Origin: Gemmatimonadota bacterium
GTDB taxonomy: Bacteria; Gemmatimonadota; Gemmatimonadetes; Longimicrobiales; Gaopeijiaceae
Length of the DNA stretch: 64,000 nt
Assembly: GCA_039589315.1 (NCBI GenBank)
Contig: JBDHHQ010000005.1
Coordinates: 1-64,000 of the forward strand
Direction: 5' to 3'
Shown in pieces: positions 39,204 through 49,353 of the stretch; position 1 is the stretch's first letter; every line of letters begins with the position of its first letter. The notes beneath the pieces were generated by a model, which did not search any database, had not been told where the DNA came from, and saw only the letters and a program-made list of their open reading frames with translations. The position numbers and the translations under genes are program-made.

Positions 39204-39896
39204 TCAGTCGACCTTCGACCGAACGTAGACGAGGACGGTCCGGTCCTGCCCTCCGTGCGGGGTTCTGAAGTCGATCTTGTCGGCCAGGTCGAGAGGGGAG
39301 TCCGCCAGTAGCTCCTCGTAGGTGGCCAGCGACCTCCAGCGCACGATCTCGGACGCCGTCGCGGGAGCGGACGACATCTCATGGTGGGGTACCAGGCACT
39401 CCTCGATGACCAGATGGCCACCCGGATTCACCATGTTGGCGAGGTTCTGGACGCCGTCGGCGTGGACACCGTCATCCGTGATCACCATCATCACGGCCGA
39501 GCTCACGATGAAGTCGTACGTCGCGTCGGTGTTGAAGGTGTCGACGCCCGCTACGTGGAGCTCTACGTCCGGGCCGACGTGGTCGCGGGCGGCAGCGATG
39601 GCCCGGCTGGAGAAGTCGAAGCCCGTTACGGCAAAGCCCATCTCCACGAAGCGCCGCGTGAAGAGTCCGTTTCCGCACCCGGCGTCCAGGAGCGTGCGGT
39701 GGTCGGGGAGCCTGAACCGCTCCACCGCGCCCCCGACCATCTCCCAGCGCAGCTCGAACTCTTCGAGGTTCTGCTCGACCGTGAGGCCGATGTGCCCGCT
39801 CGCGGAGTGGGGGTGTATGGCGTCGTAGATCTTGTCCCACCAGTGGTGGGGCTTCGCATAGGCGCCTCGCTTCTTCCGCCGGCGAAAGAACCGCAC
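39204..39896 (-). CDS. class I SAM-dependent methyltransferase
   Basis: LLDAGCGNG, TGFDFS, YDFIV, NPGGHLVI; GTG 39896 after GGAGGT (longest ORF starts 39935). Confidence 0.85.
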   Translation of the reverse strand: MRFFRRRKKRGAYAKPHHWWDKIYDAIHPHSASGHIGLTVEQNLEEFELRWEMVGGAVERFRLPDHRTLLDAGCGNGLFTRRFVEMGFAVTGFDFSSRAIAAARDHVGPDVELHVAGVDTFNTDATYDFIVSSAVMMVITDDGVHADGVQNLANMVNPGGHLVIEECLVPHHEMSSAPATASEIVRWRSLATYEELLADSPLDLADKIDFRTPHGGQDRTVLVYVRSKVD

Positions 39897-40117
39897 GATC
39901 ACCTCCGGAGTCTTGAGGGAGCGGGTCCAGTCCACTCGGTTTCCTGCCGCTGTTGTCGGCGACAGCCGTCGCGATCGGTTGTTCCCGATCCGACAGCGGC
40001 CCGGCTCACTTGGTGGCTGGCGGACTGCGGCCCTAGGTTGGCACCTCCGGCAGCGCTTCCGCTCGAGGGGGGGCCGCCCCGCCGAGCCGCGTCGCCTTCA
40101 GCCTCACCCGGACATAC

Positions 40118-41269
40118 ATGCTCAGCCAGAAGGAAGCCTTCCGTCTTCCGTCCGATCTCCACTACATCAACTGCGCGTACATGGGTCCGTTGCCGCAGGC
40201 CACCGAGGAGGTCGGGATCCGCTGCCTGCGCCGGAAGCGCAATCCGGTCGACATCGTCCCGGAGGACTTCTTCCGGGACAGCGACGAGCTGCGATCACTG
40301 TTCGCGCGGCTCGTGCACGCGGACCCCGGACGCATCGCGATCATGCCGTCCGCGTCATACGGCGTTGCCACGGCGTGCCTGAATCTCCCCCTGGGTCCGG
40401 GCCGCAAGGTGGTCATGGCCGGAGAGCAGTTCCCGGGCAACGTGTACAGTTGGCGAAGCGCCGCTGCCCGGCAGGGCGGGACGGCGGTCATGGTGGATCC
40501 GCCCGACGCCGAGCAGCGGGGCAGGGAGTGGAACACTCGTCTCCTGGAGGCCATCGGGCCCGACACGGCCGTGGTGGCTCTCGGAAGCGTGCACTGGACG
40601 GACGGAACGCGCTTCGACCTCGAGGCCATCGGTGCCCGGGCCCGAGAGGTGGGAGCCGCGCTGGTGGTGGATGGCACCCAGTCGGTGGGAGCCGTCCCAT
40701 TCGACGTGAGCGCGGTGCAGCCGGACGCGCTCATCTGTGCAGGATACAAGTGGCTTCTGGGTCCATACGCCGTGGCCCTGGGCTACTTCGGTCCCCGCTT
40801 CGACCACGGCCTCCCCCTCGAGGAGACGTGGATCGCTCGCAAGGGCAGCGAGGACTTCAAGGGACTGGTCGAGTACGTGGACGAGTATCAACCCGGGGCG
40901 GTCCGCTTCGACGTGGGTGAGCGCGCCAACTTCATCCTCGTTCCCATGCAGGTAGCGTCACTGAAGCTCGTCCTGGAGTGGACGCCGGAGGCGATCCAGC
41001 GCTACACCGAGGACCTGACGAGGGACATGCTGGTCGAGGCCGCCGAGCTGGGGTACGGCGTGGAGGAGTCGGCCTACCGCTCCCCACACCTCTTCGGCGT
41101 GAAGATGCCCGCGGGCCTGGACCTACGTGCGGTCCGGGACGCGCTGGCTCGCAGGAACGTCATCGTATCGCTCCGGGGGAGCTCGCTGCGGGTATCACCC
41201 CACCTGTACAACGACCGCCCGGACGTCGAGGCGCTGCTGGAGGTGCTCCGGGAGGTGAGGGAGCTCTAG
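40118..41269 (+). CDS. aminotransferase class V PLP-dependent enzyme
   Basis: YINCAYMGP, VDGTQSVG, GYKWLLGP (PLP lysine), LRVSPHLYN. Confidence 0.9.
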   Translation: MLSQKEAFRLPSDLHYINCAYMGPLPQATEEVGIRCLRRKRNPVDIVPEDFFRDSDELRSLFARLVHADPGRIAIMPSASYGVATACLNLPLGPGRKVVMAGEQFPGNVYSWRSAAARQGGTAVMVDPPDAEQRGREWNTRLLEAIGPDTAVVALGSVHWTDGTRFDLEAIGARAREVGAALVVDGTQSVGAVPFDVSAVQPDALICAGYKWLLGPYAVALGYFGPRFDHGLPLEETWIARKGSEDFKGLVEYVDEYQPGAVRFDVGERANFILVPMQVASLKLVLEWTPEAIQRYTEDLTRDMLVEAAELGYGVEESAYRSPHLFGVKMPAGLDLRAVRDALARRNVIVSLRGSSLRVSPHLYNDRPDVEALLEVLREVREL

Positions 41270-41367
41270 CGGCAGGGCACGGGCCCCGCCACGGGCCGCC
41301 GTTCGCCCGGGACCGGTACCCCGCGCTGCATCGGCGATGGAGAGCGGGCGGCGGCCTGCGAGGCGGC

Positions 41368-41964
41368 CTACCGAGCTCCGAAGACGATCTCGGCCTGCAG
41401 GCCCACGCGAATCTCCTGCTCCTCCAGCCAGCCCTTGCGCACTTCGAGGGCGAACATGGCCGGTGCGGAAGAATCGTGGAGCGCCGTGCTCTCGGGCTCC
41501 ATCTGCTTGATATCCACGATACGGCTGCGCGAGTCGAGAAAGGCGATGTCCAGGGCGATGTAGGTGTTCTGCATCCAGAAGGACCGGACCGCCTCGTCGG
41601 GGAACACGAACAGCATGCCGGTGCCGTCCGGGAGGTCCTCCCGGTACATGAGCCCCTGACGCCGCTCCTCCGCAGAGGCCGCGACCTCGGCGGTAACGGT
41701 ATCGGCACCCAGAATCACCCAGGCCATGCCGCGGCCAGGGCCTTCCTGGTGGCCCGGCGTCGCTACCTCGCCCTCGGCGCCGGACCGCGGGGTCCGCATC
41801 GCGTCGTCCTCCTCCGCCGCGACCTCTGCACCGGCACTGGCAGTGGAGCCACAGCCGGCCGTGAGCGCGAGCAGCGCGAATCCCCAAACGACCCTCCTCA
41901 GCGGTCGAACGGGATCGTGGCCGGTCAGAGCCGCGGTGCGGGTGGGAATCCTCATGCGGCCCAT
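41368..41964 (-). CDS. DUF192 family lipoprotein
   Basis: Lipobox LTAGC; AEVA..AEERRQGLMYR, GMLFVF, FWMQNT..LDIAF, ALEV; start uncertain. Confidence 0.88.
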   Translation of the reverse strand: MGRMRIPTRTAALTGHDPVRPLRRVVWGFALLALTAGCGSTASAGAEVAAEEDDAMRTPRSGAEGEVATPGHQEGPGRGMAWVILGADTVTAEVAASAEERRQGLMYREDLPDGTGMLFVFPDEAVRSFWMQNTYIALDIAFLDSRSRIVDIKQMEPESTALHDSSAPAMFALEVRKGWLEEQEIRVGLQAEIVFGAR

Positions 41965-42174
41965 GGTATGGTTTCCGGTCCTCTGCATGTGTAGTCTCAC
42001 GTGACCGAGCCTCTTTGCCGCCTTCACCGGCGTTGCCGGGCCGCGGGGGTCCGCCTCTTGAACTCGGGCGCCCCCCCGGCACCGCTCCCCCGCCAGCGCG
42101 GAGCGGCTCTCGAACAGGCGCCAGCGTCATACTTCGAATGCGCCGAGAGGATCCACTCCAGGAGGGATGGGACC

Positions 42175-43266
42175 ATGTCGTTCTGGGATACGGAGTTCCT
42201 GGGCAATCCTTTGAGCCGATGGGCGACTGCCGTGGGTGCTGGCGTCGTCGTCATCGTGGTGATGCGGCTCATCGTCGCGGTTGTCGCTCGTCGGATGAGG
42301 AGGTTCGCCGCCGGGACCGCCACCGACGTCGACGACCTGGTCGCCGATCTCGTGGACCGCACCAAGCTGCTCTTCGTCCTGATCGTGGCTCTGTGGGCCG
42401 GCTCCGAGTTCCTCACGCTATCGGCCACGGCCCAGGGTCGCATCCGGGCCGTGCTGATCCTCGGCCTCCTCCTCCAGACCGGCTATTGGACGACCGCGCT
42501 GGTGAACTACGGGCTGAACCGGTACCGCAGGCGGGTCAGAGACGACGACCCCGGTATCGCGACGGCGATGGGGGCGGTGGGGTTCGTCGTCAGGCTCGGG
42601 ATCTGGGCGATCATCGCACTCATTGCACTCGATACGCTGGGGATCGAGATCACCGCGCTCCTGGCGGGCGTCAGCGTAGGCGGCATCGCCGTGGCCCTGG
42701 CAGTACAGAACATCCTCGGAGACCTGTTCGCCGCCCTTTCCATCGTGCTCGACAAGCCCTTCGTCGTAGGGGACTACATCGTCGTCGGGGATTCGATGGG
42801 TACGGTGGAGAACGTGGGTCTCAAGACAACGAGGGTCCGGTCGCTCACCGGCGAGCAGCTGGTCATCGGCAACTCCGATCTGTTGTCCAGCCGGATCCGC
42901 AACTACAAGCGCATGGAGGAGCGGCGCGCCGAGTTTCAAGTGGGCGTCGAGTACGGTACGCCCGCGGAGAAGCTGGAAAAGATCCCGGACATGATCAAGG
43001 AGGCCGTCGAGGCTCGTGAGAACACGCGCTTCGACCGCAGCCATTTCAAGGCGTTCGGGGACTTCGCCCTGGTCTACGAGACCGTGTTCTTCATGACGGT
43101 GCCCGACTACTTCTCCCTGATGGAAACACGGCAGGCGATCAACCTCGAGCTCTACCGGCGCTTCGAGGACGCCGGGATCGAGTTCGCGTTCCCCACCCAG
43201 ACACTGCACGTGCGCACGGGCAGCGGGGGTGCGGCGCCGGGCGGCGGCATGCGGGCGGCGGTCTGA
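42175..43266 (+). CDS. mscS: small-conductance mechanosensitive channel (MscS family)
   Basis: GGIAVALAVQNILGDLFA, DKPFVVGD, GTVENVGLKTTR, GIEFAFPT. Confidence 0.92.
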   Translation: MSFWDTEFLGNPLSRWATAVGAGVVVIVVMRLIVAVVARRMRRFAAGTATDVDDLVADLVDRTKLLFVLIVALWAGSEFLTLSATAQGRIRAVLILGLLLQTGYWTTALVNYGLNRYRRRVRDDDPGIATAMGAVGFVVRLGIWAIIALIALDTLGIEITALLAGVSVGGIAVALAVQNILGDLFAALSIVLDKPFVVGDYIVVGDSMGTVENVGLKTTRVRSLTGEQLVIGNSDLLSSRIRNYKRMEERRAEFQVGVEYGTPAEKLEKIPDMIKEAVEARENTRFDRSHFKAFGDFALVYETVFFMTVPDYFSLMETRQAINLELYRRFEDAGIEFAFPTQTLHVRTGSGGAAPGGGMRAAV

Positions 43267-43451
43267 ACCCCCGGCGGCTTCCGACTCCTCGGACCTCATG
43301 CGGAAGCCTCCGGACGGCGTCTGTGCCGGGAGCGAGCCCGGACGGCGCGGCCGACGACGATTGGTCCGATGGGCTCGCGACGAGTGAAGCACGATGATAC
43401 AGTCAAGGCGTTACGCACGATGAGACGAAGACCCTCCAGCGGAGCCCCGAG

Positions 43452-43733
43452 TTGATCGACCCCGAGCTTCTGGACATCCTCGTCTGTCCCGAGACGAAAG
43501 AGGCCCTTCGCCTGGCAGACGATGCGCTGCTGGGCCGGGTGAACGCGGCGGTCGCCGCAGGACGGTTGAAGAACCGCGGCGGGCAGGTCGTGGAGCGGGA
43601 GCTGGAGCAGGGCCTGGTCCGGGAGGACGGGCAGGTGCTCTATCCGGTCTGGGACGACATCCCCGTCATGCTGCTGGACGAGGCCGTGCCGTTGGATGGC
43701 CTGGCGCCGTCGTCCGGGGCCGATGACGCGTGA
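43452..43733 (+). CDS. Trm112/YcaR family protein
   Basis: LLDILVCPETK...YPVWDDIPVMLLDEA. Confidence 0.85.
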   Translation: MIDPELLDILVCPETKEALRLADDALLGRVNAAVAAGRLKNRGGQVVERELEQGLVREDGQVLYPVWDDIPVMLLDEAVPLDGLAPSSGADDA

Positions 43734-43812
43734 CCCGGAGTCCAGCACTCTGCCACTGCCGTGTGTCAACACAGAGCCGAACACCTCGAGGACCCATCAA
43801 GGGAGATCCGCC

Positions 43813-44853
43813 ATGAAGCGCCTGCTCCTCCTCACTGCGGCCATGACCTTCGCGCTACCTGCCTCGCCGGAAGACGTCACGGCGCAACAGGAGATCCAGA
43901 TCGACGAATGGGAGGTGCCGTGGGCCCAGAGCCGTCCCCGCGATCCCATGGTGGGCCCTGACGGCAAGGTCTGGTTCGTCGGCCAGCGCTCCGACTACGT
44001 CGCGTACCTGGATCCGAACACGGGCGACTTCACCAGATTCGAGCTGGACGAGGGCGCCGGCCCCCACAACCAGGTCGTGGATCCCGACGGGACGGTGTGG
44101 TACACCGGGAACCGAGCCTCCCACCTCGGCAGGCTCGACCCGGAGACCGGCGACATCGAGAAGTTCATGATGCCGGACGAGCGGGCCGGAGACCCCCACA
44201 CCCTGATCCACGACGTGGACGGCAACTTCTGGTTCACGGTCCAGGGCGGGAACTTCGTCGGCTACTTCGACAAGGCGACCGGCAAGACGCGGCTGATCGA
44301 GGCCCCGCAGGTGGAGGGCGGGCGCTCGCCCAGCAGCCGACCCTACGGGATCAAGGTCAGCTCCAAGAACGAGGCGTGGGCCACGCTCTTCAACACCAAT
44401 CTGCTTGCCAGAGTGAACAAGGACGAAATGGAGCTCGACCTGTACGAGCTGCCTGAAGGTGCCCGGCCCCGACGCCTCGTCATCGACTCGCACGACATCG
44501 TCTGGTACGTGGACTACGCCCGTGGCTACCTGGGTCGGCTGGATCCGCAGACCCGGGAGGTCAGGGAGTGGCCGAATCCGGGGGGTGAGGACTCTCGTCC
44601 TTACGGCGTGGCCATCGATGACGACGACCGGGTCTGGTTCGTCGAGACCGGCCTTCAACCGAATCGCTTCGTGGGCTTCGACACGGACACGGAGGAGTTC
44701 TTCAGCGTGACCGAGGTCGGGAGCGGCGGCGGGTCGATACGACACATGTACTTCGATCCCGCTACGAACGTGGTCTGGTTCGGCACGGACGCGAACACCA
44801 TCGGCCGGGCCAACCTGCCGCCGAAGAGGGAAAACGTGACCGACCGGCAGTAG
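43813..44853 (+). CDS. secreted Vgb (virginiamycin B lyase)-family beta-propeller protein
   Basis: Signal peptide; repeated GPDGKVWF / GPH..VDPDGTVWY / PYG(I/V) blades. Confidence 0.8.
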   Translation: MKRLLLLTAAMTFALPASPEDVTAQQEIQIDEWEVPWAQSRPRDPMVGPDGKVWFVGQRSDYVAYLDPNTGDFTRFELDEGAGPHNQVVDPDGTVWYTGNRASHLGRLDPETGDIEKFMMPDERAGDPHTLIHDVDGNFWFTVQGGNFVGYFDKATGKTRLIEAPQVEGGRSPSSRPYGIKVSSKNEAWATLFNTNLLARVNKDEMELDLYELPEGARPRRLVIDSHDIVWYVDYARGYLGRLDPQTREVREWPNPGGEDSRPYGVAIDDDDRVWFVETGLQPNRFVGFDTDTEEFFSVTEVGSGGGSIRHMYFDPATNVVWFGTDANTIGRANLPPKRENVTDRQ

Positions 44854-44859
44854 CCTCGC

Positions 44860-45447
44860 TTGAGCTTGCCGAACCTCCCGGGGGCAGCCCTCCAGGCAGG
44901 GGCCGTCCTCGGCTCGCTGCTGGTGGCCGCGTTCGCTCCGTCGCGGGCCCCCCACGCCGAAGGGCCGCCCCTGGGCCACACCGGGGGTTTCGGGGAGCCC
45001 ACGTGTCACGCGTGCCACAATGAGCTGGAGCTCGACGCCGAGGGGAGCGGGCGGCTCGAGCTGGACGGCTTGCCGGAGCGGTACGAGCCGGGCGAGACCT
45101 ACCTCCTGACCATCGTCCTGGCCAGCGAAGGCATGGAGCGTGCCGGGTTCGAGGCCGCCTTCCGGTTCGCAGGCTCTCCGCCGCCGGGCGCACAGGCCGG
45201 CACCCTGGCGGCGGTCGATGACCGGGCCCAGGTGAGCTATCTGGGGCTTACGCCCGTGTACTATGTGCGCCAGACCGAGGCCGGTTCCCAGGGGGCAGCG
45301 GTCGTGTCGTGGACCTTCACCTGGACGGCTCCCGATTCCAGTCAGCCCGTCACCGTTCATTTGGCCGCCAACTCGGCCAACGGCGACAACTCGCCGCTGG
45401 GCGACTTCGTCCTCACCTGGTCGCGCACGGTAGAGTCTGCCCATTGA
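44860..45447 (+). CDS. secreted Reeler / choice-of-anchor-V-like protein with CxxCH motif
   Basis: GHTGGFGEPTCHACH, YEPGETY, GFE, WTFTWTAP, AANSANGD. Confidence 0.7.
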   Translation: MSLPNLPGAALQAGAVLGSLLVAAFAPSRAPHAEGPPLGHTGGFGEPTCHACHNELELDAEGSGRLELDGLPERYEPGETYLLTIVLASEGMERAGFEAAFRFAGSPPPGAQAGTLAAVDDRAQVSYLGLTPVYYVRQTEAGSQGAAVVSWTFTWTAPDSSQPVTVHLAANSANGDNSPLGDFVLTWSRTVESAH

Positions 45448-45556
45448 CGCCGGTCTGCCGCTCCGCGGGCGGGCCCGGGCAGCCGTAGGCACCGGCTCGT
45501 CGACACCGTATCGTGGTCGTCGCAGGGATCGTAGCACTACCAGCAAGGATCAGGCG

Positions 45557-46324
45557 ATGCGCCCTTTGGGACTGGTGCGGGTGGGTTTCCTCGTCTTGGT
45601 GACCTTGCCTGGCGGAAACGTCGCCGCGCAGGACACCTGGGAGTGGGACATCGAGGCCGGCGGGAGCGTGTTCTTCGGCGAGGTGGACCAGACGGCGTTC
45701 ACCACGGGTGTGGCGGTGGAAAAGGCCGACAGCGCCTACGAGCTGTCGGCCGGCCTCAGATTCGACTACGGCGAAACCAAGGACCGGGAGACCGGAGCAT
45801 CGGTCGTGAGCCGGCGCTCCTGGCTGGGAAGCGCCTCGCTCGATTGGTCTCCGCAGTCCAGTTGGAGTCCCTTCCTGTTCGGCACCGGCGAGCAGAGCTT
45901 CGAGAAGAGGATCGATTTCCGCTACAACGGCGGCATCGGCTTCAAGCACACCTTCGTCGACGTGGGGGCCACGCGGATCGATCTGAGCGCGGCGGTGTTG
46001 GGGGAGCAGACATTTCCGGACGCGCAGACCGAGTCGAGCCCCAGCAGCGACCCGCTGGCACGCGCTTCGTTCCGTCTGCGGCTCAGGCACGCGTTCGGTG
46101 AGGGCGAGCGTCTGATCTTCGACACTCGCACCTTCTACAGTCCCGAGCTCGGCCAGGCGTCCAACCTCACCTTTCGGTCGCTCAACAGCCTCGATTACCG
46201 CCTCACCAGCGTCATATCAATCGGAGTCAACTTCGACTACGACTACGAGAGCCTGGCCGTGGATCGCGGCGCCCGCTCCAACGACACCGGCAAGGCCTAC
46301 CTGAACCTCAAGGCGACCTTCTAG
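45557..46324 (+). CDS. DUF481 family outer-membrane beta-barrel
   Basis: Signal peptide, amphipathic strands, WSPFLFG..EQSFEKRIDFRYNGGIG, C-terminal F. Confidence 0.75.
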   Translation: MRPLGLVRVGFLVLVTLPGGNVAAQDTWEWDIEAGGSVFFGEVDQTAFTTGVAVEKADSAYELSAGLRFDYGETKDRETGASVVSRRSWLGSASLDWSPQSSWSPFLFGTGEQSFEKRIDFRYNGGIGFKHTFVDVGATRIDLSAAVLGEQTFPDAQTESSPSSDPLARASFRLRLRHAFGEGERLIFDTRTFYSPELGQASNLTFRSLNSLDYRLTSVISIGVNFDYDYESLAVDRGARSNDTGKAYLNLKATF

Positions 46325-47138
46325 ACTCGGGAACGACGATCTCGCCCCGGGCTACCGTCACCGCGCTTCCGCTCAGATGCACCCTCTCGCCCGCGAGCCG
46401 CACGGTGAGCGCGCCCTGTCTCTGGGAGACCTGTCGCGCCTCCATCGTCTCCACCCCGAGCTGGGCGGCCCAATAGGGGGTGAGCGCCGTATGGGCGACG
46501 CCTGTGACCGGGTCCTCGTCGATGCCGACCCACGGACAGAAGAAGCGCGAGACGAAGTCCACCGGTCCGTCCCCGGGGGCGGTGACCGTGACGCCGAGTC
46601 CCCCTTCGCCCAGGTCGATGTCGCCCAGCGCCGAAAACCGGGGCGCCAGGCTCCGGAGGATCGACTCGTCGTCAACGCGGACCACCCAGACGTGCCGGCT
46701 CCGCAGGGACGAAGACGAGGGTGGACAGCCCAACGCCTCGAGGAGGCCCTCCGGGGGGTCTGCCGGGTGTGGCGGGTCCGCCGGGAAGTCCATGCGGAGG
46801 CGGTCGCCGTCCCGATGCACGGCCAGCGGGCCGCTGGCGGACTCGAAACGCAGCGGGCCGGGGTTACCGCCCTCGAAGAGAACGTGGGCCGTCGCCAGCG
46901 TCGCATGTCCGCACAGCGGCACCTCCACGGCGGGGGTGAACCAGCGGAGCCAGCGTCGGCCCTCGTCGTCCAGGCCGGTGAAGGCGGTCTCCGAGAGGTT
47001 CATCTCCGACGCGATCGCCTGCATCGCCCGGGCATCGAGCCGATCCTCGAGCACCAACACGGCCGCCGGATTGCCCGTGAAGGGGCGGTCCGTGAAGGCG
47101 TCCACTTGAAGGAACGGGAGTGTGCATCCTTCGGACAT
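46308..47138 (-). CDS. PhzF family isomerase/epimerase
   Basis: VDAFT..PFTGNPAAV, NLSETAF, RWFTPAVEVPLCGHATLA, EDPVTG. Confidence 0.92.
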   Translation of the reverse strand: MSEGCTLPFLQVDAFTDRPFTGNPAAVLVLEDRLDARAMQAIASEMNLSETAFTGLDDEGRRWLRWFTPAVEVPLCGHATLATAHVLFEGGNPGPLRFESASGPLAVHRDGDRLRMDFPADPPHPADPPEGLLEALGCPPSSSSLRSRHVWVVRVDDESILRSLAPRFSALGDIDLGEGGLGVTVTAPGDGPVDFVSRFFCPWVGIDEDPVTGVAHTALTPYWAAQLGVETMEARQVSQRQGALTVRLAGERVHLSGSAVTVARGEIVVPESRRSP

Positions 47139-47290
47139 GGGTTCTCCTCGGCGTGGTGTGAGGCCTGTCTTCCTCGCGCGTCCGGCCCGTCTGGCGCTAC
47201 CATATCCGTCCGTACCCTTCGCGGGAAAGAAGGACGTTCGACTCGCGTAACCGTCGGTGCCCGACCGACGCCATCCTCGATCCCGACCTC

Positions 47291-48649
47291 ATGACGGACT
47301 CGTCGCTGACCCTCGATCGCTTCGCGCGCTTCTATGCGCCGCTGGCCGCGACGAGTCTCCTTCTCACGGCGACCAATCCGCTGCTTACGTCCGCCATGTC
47401 CAGGAGCGTGAACCCCGCCACCGCGCTGGCAGGGTTTGGCGTCGCGTTCTCGTTGTGTGGGGTCCTCTACAGCCCCCTCCTCGTTGGACAGCAGGTGGCT
47501 GCTACGAAGCTCCTGAGCGGCAGGCCCTTCGGGCCCGTGCAGGGGTTCTGGATCCGGGTGGGGCTCCTGTTCTCGCTCCTGGCCATGGCCGCCGCCTTCA
47601 CCCCCTTGGGCGAGTGGATCTTCCGGGGTGGGATGGGCGTTTCCGGGGACATCTTCGACGAGGCCCGGCTGGCCCTGGCGTTTCTGGCACCGGTGCCGCT
47701 GTTGACGGCCGTGCGGGCCGTGCATCAGGGCCGTCTCGTGGCCGGCCATCGCACCAACCCCATCGCTTTGGCCACGGGCTTCCGGACCGGGGTGCTCGCC
47801 GCAGTGGCCGTTGCCCTCACCGTGTTGACTCGGGGAGGCGCCTGGGTGGGCGGCGCCGCGTTCACGATGGGCTTGCTGGTCGAGACGGTCATGGTCGCCG
47901 CCACCCGAGCCGGGTCCGACGGCGCCTACCACCCCGTGGCGGCCGAGGGCGTGGAGATGGGCGCACAGGACGACCGGATGCTCCGGTTCTCGACGCCGCT
48001 CATGGTGAACGTCCTGCTGTGGTGGAGCACGCCGCTGCTGATCAACAGCGTCCTGGCCCGGACGCCATTCCCCGCGGAGGCCATCGCAGCGTTCGTGGTG
48101 GTGGAGGCGGTGGCCTGGTTTCTCACGGCTCCCGTCGGGCAATTCCAGCACGTCAGCATCGCGCTGGTGGACCGCAAGGAGGCCCATCGATCCGCCCAGC
48201 GGTGGTCGGTGCTCCTGGCCGGGGCAGTCGCCGTCGCGCTCGCGGTCGTCGCCGTGCCGACGGTTCGCATGCCCGTGCTGCGAGCCGTATTCGATCTGGA
48301 TCCGGGGCTGCTTTCGGACATCGGCGCCGCCCTCCCGCTCGCGGTCTCGTATCCTCTGTTGTACGGACACCGGCAGTACTACCAGGGACTCTTCATCCGC
48401 TGCGGCCGCTCGGACGCGGTGGGCTGGGGCGCGGCGCTGCGAGTCGCCATCGTCCTGGCCGTGGCTCTCGTCGCGCTGGCCCCCCTGAGTCACGCTGGAG
48501 CCGTCCTGGGCGTGCTGTCGGCGGCGGCCGGACTGGCCGTGGAAGGGCTGTTCCTCGAACGCGTCGCCCGCAGGCAGGTGATGCCGATGCTCGCAGCGGC
48601 GAAGCTGGGCAAGCAGGAGTTGCCCGTCGGGGAGGGAGTCACGTCTTGA
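47291..48649 (+). CDS. MATE/MOP-superfamily (ANKH-like) membrane transporter
   Basis: About 12 TM with internal duplication (FYAPL...ALAGFGVA / FSTPL...AIAAFVVV). Confidence 0.65.
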   Translation: MTDSSLTLDRFARFYAPLAATSLLLTATNPLLTSAMSRSVNPATALAGFGVAFSLCGVLYSPLLVGQQVAATKLLSGRPFGPVQGFWIRVGLLFSLLAMAAAFTPLGEWIFRGGMGVSGDIFDEARLALAFLAPVPLLTAVRAVHQGRLVAGHRTNPIALATGFRTGVLAAVAVALTVLTRGGAWVGGAAFTMGLLVETVMVAATRAGSDGAYHPVAAEGVEMGAQDDRMLRFSTPLMVNVLLWWSTPLLINSVLARTPFPAEAIAAFVVVEAVAWFLTAPVGQFQHVSIALVDRKEAHRSAQRWSVLLAGAVAVALAVVAVPTVRMPVLRAVFDLDPGLLSDIGAALPLAVSYPLLYGHRQYYQGLFIRCGRSDAVGWGAALRVAIVLAVALVALAPLSHAGAVLGVLSAAAGLAVEGLFLERVARRQVMPMLAAAKLGKQELPVGEGVTS

Positions 48650-48672
48650 ATCGATCCGACCGGAGGACGGCC

Positions 48673-49353
48673 ATGAGCTGGCAAGCGACTTCGAGAAGGC
48701 TCAGCCTGCTTCTCGCCTGTCTCGCCGCGGCCTCGGCGTGTGGGGACGGAGCCGGCAGAGACGGGTCGGAGCGTCGGGAGACGCGATCGGGCTCCTCCCT
48801 GCCGGAGGGGTTCGCGCTGCGGCTCGACCGCCCGAACCGGGATCCGGCGGACTTCCGCGTCACCAACGGCGAACGGGGACTCGAGGTGCGGACCGGCCCG
48901 TCGGGCATCCTCTACCGGCCCGACCAGTCCGTGGACGTCGGTGACTTCACCGTCTCCGCCACCTTTACCGAGCTGGGCGCCCCCATGGGCCACCGGGAGG
49001 GCTTCGGTCTCGTCATCGGCGGTCAGGGACTGGAAGGGCCCGACCAGCGCTACACCTACTTCCTGGTGCGGGCGGACGGACGGTACGTGATCAAGAACAG
49101 GGTGGGTCCGTGGACAGAGGAGATCACGGACGGGTGGGTCCCGTCGGAAGCGGTCCGGGTAGCGGCCATGGAGGATGGCGACATATCCAACGACCTCTCC
49201 GTCTCTGTCGTGGGAGATCGGGTGCGCTTCTCGTGCAACGGTGCCGAGGTGGCCGAGGTGCCCGCAGCGGGCCTGAGCATCCACGGGGTCCTGGGTGTCC
49301 GGGTGAATCACAACCTGGTGGTCCGGGTCGACCGGTTCCGGGTGGACCGCTAG
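48673..49353 (+). CDS. hypothetical lipoprotein (beta-sandwich, DUF1080-like)
   Basis: GGAGG RBS; lipobox ASAC; HREGFGL.IGG, YTYFLVRADG, GVRVNHNL. Confidence 0.7.
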   Translation: MSWQATSRRLSLLLACLAAASACGDGAGRDGSERRETRSGSSLPEGFALRLDRPNRDPADFRVTNGERGLEVRTGPSGILYRPDQSVDVGDFTVSATFTELGAPMGHREGFGLVIGGQGLEGPDQRYTYFLVRADGRYVIKNRVGPWTEEITDGWVPSEAVRVAAMEDGDISNDLSVSVVGDRVRFSCNGAEVAEVPAAGLSIHGVLGVRVNHNLVVRVDRFRVDR

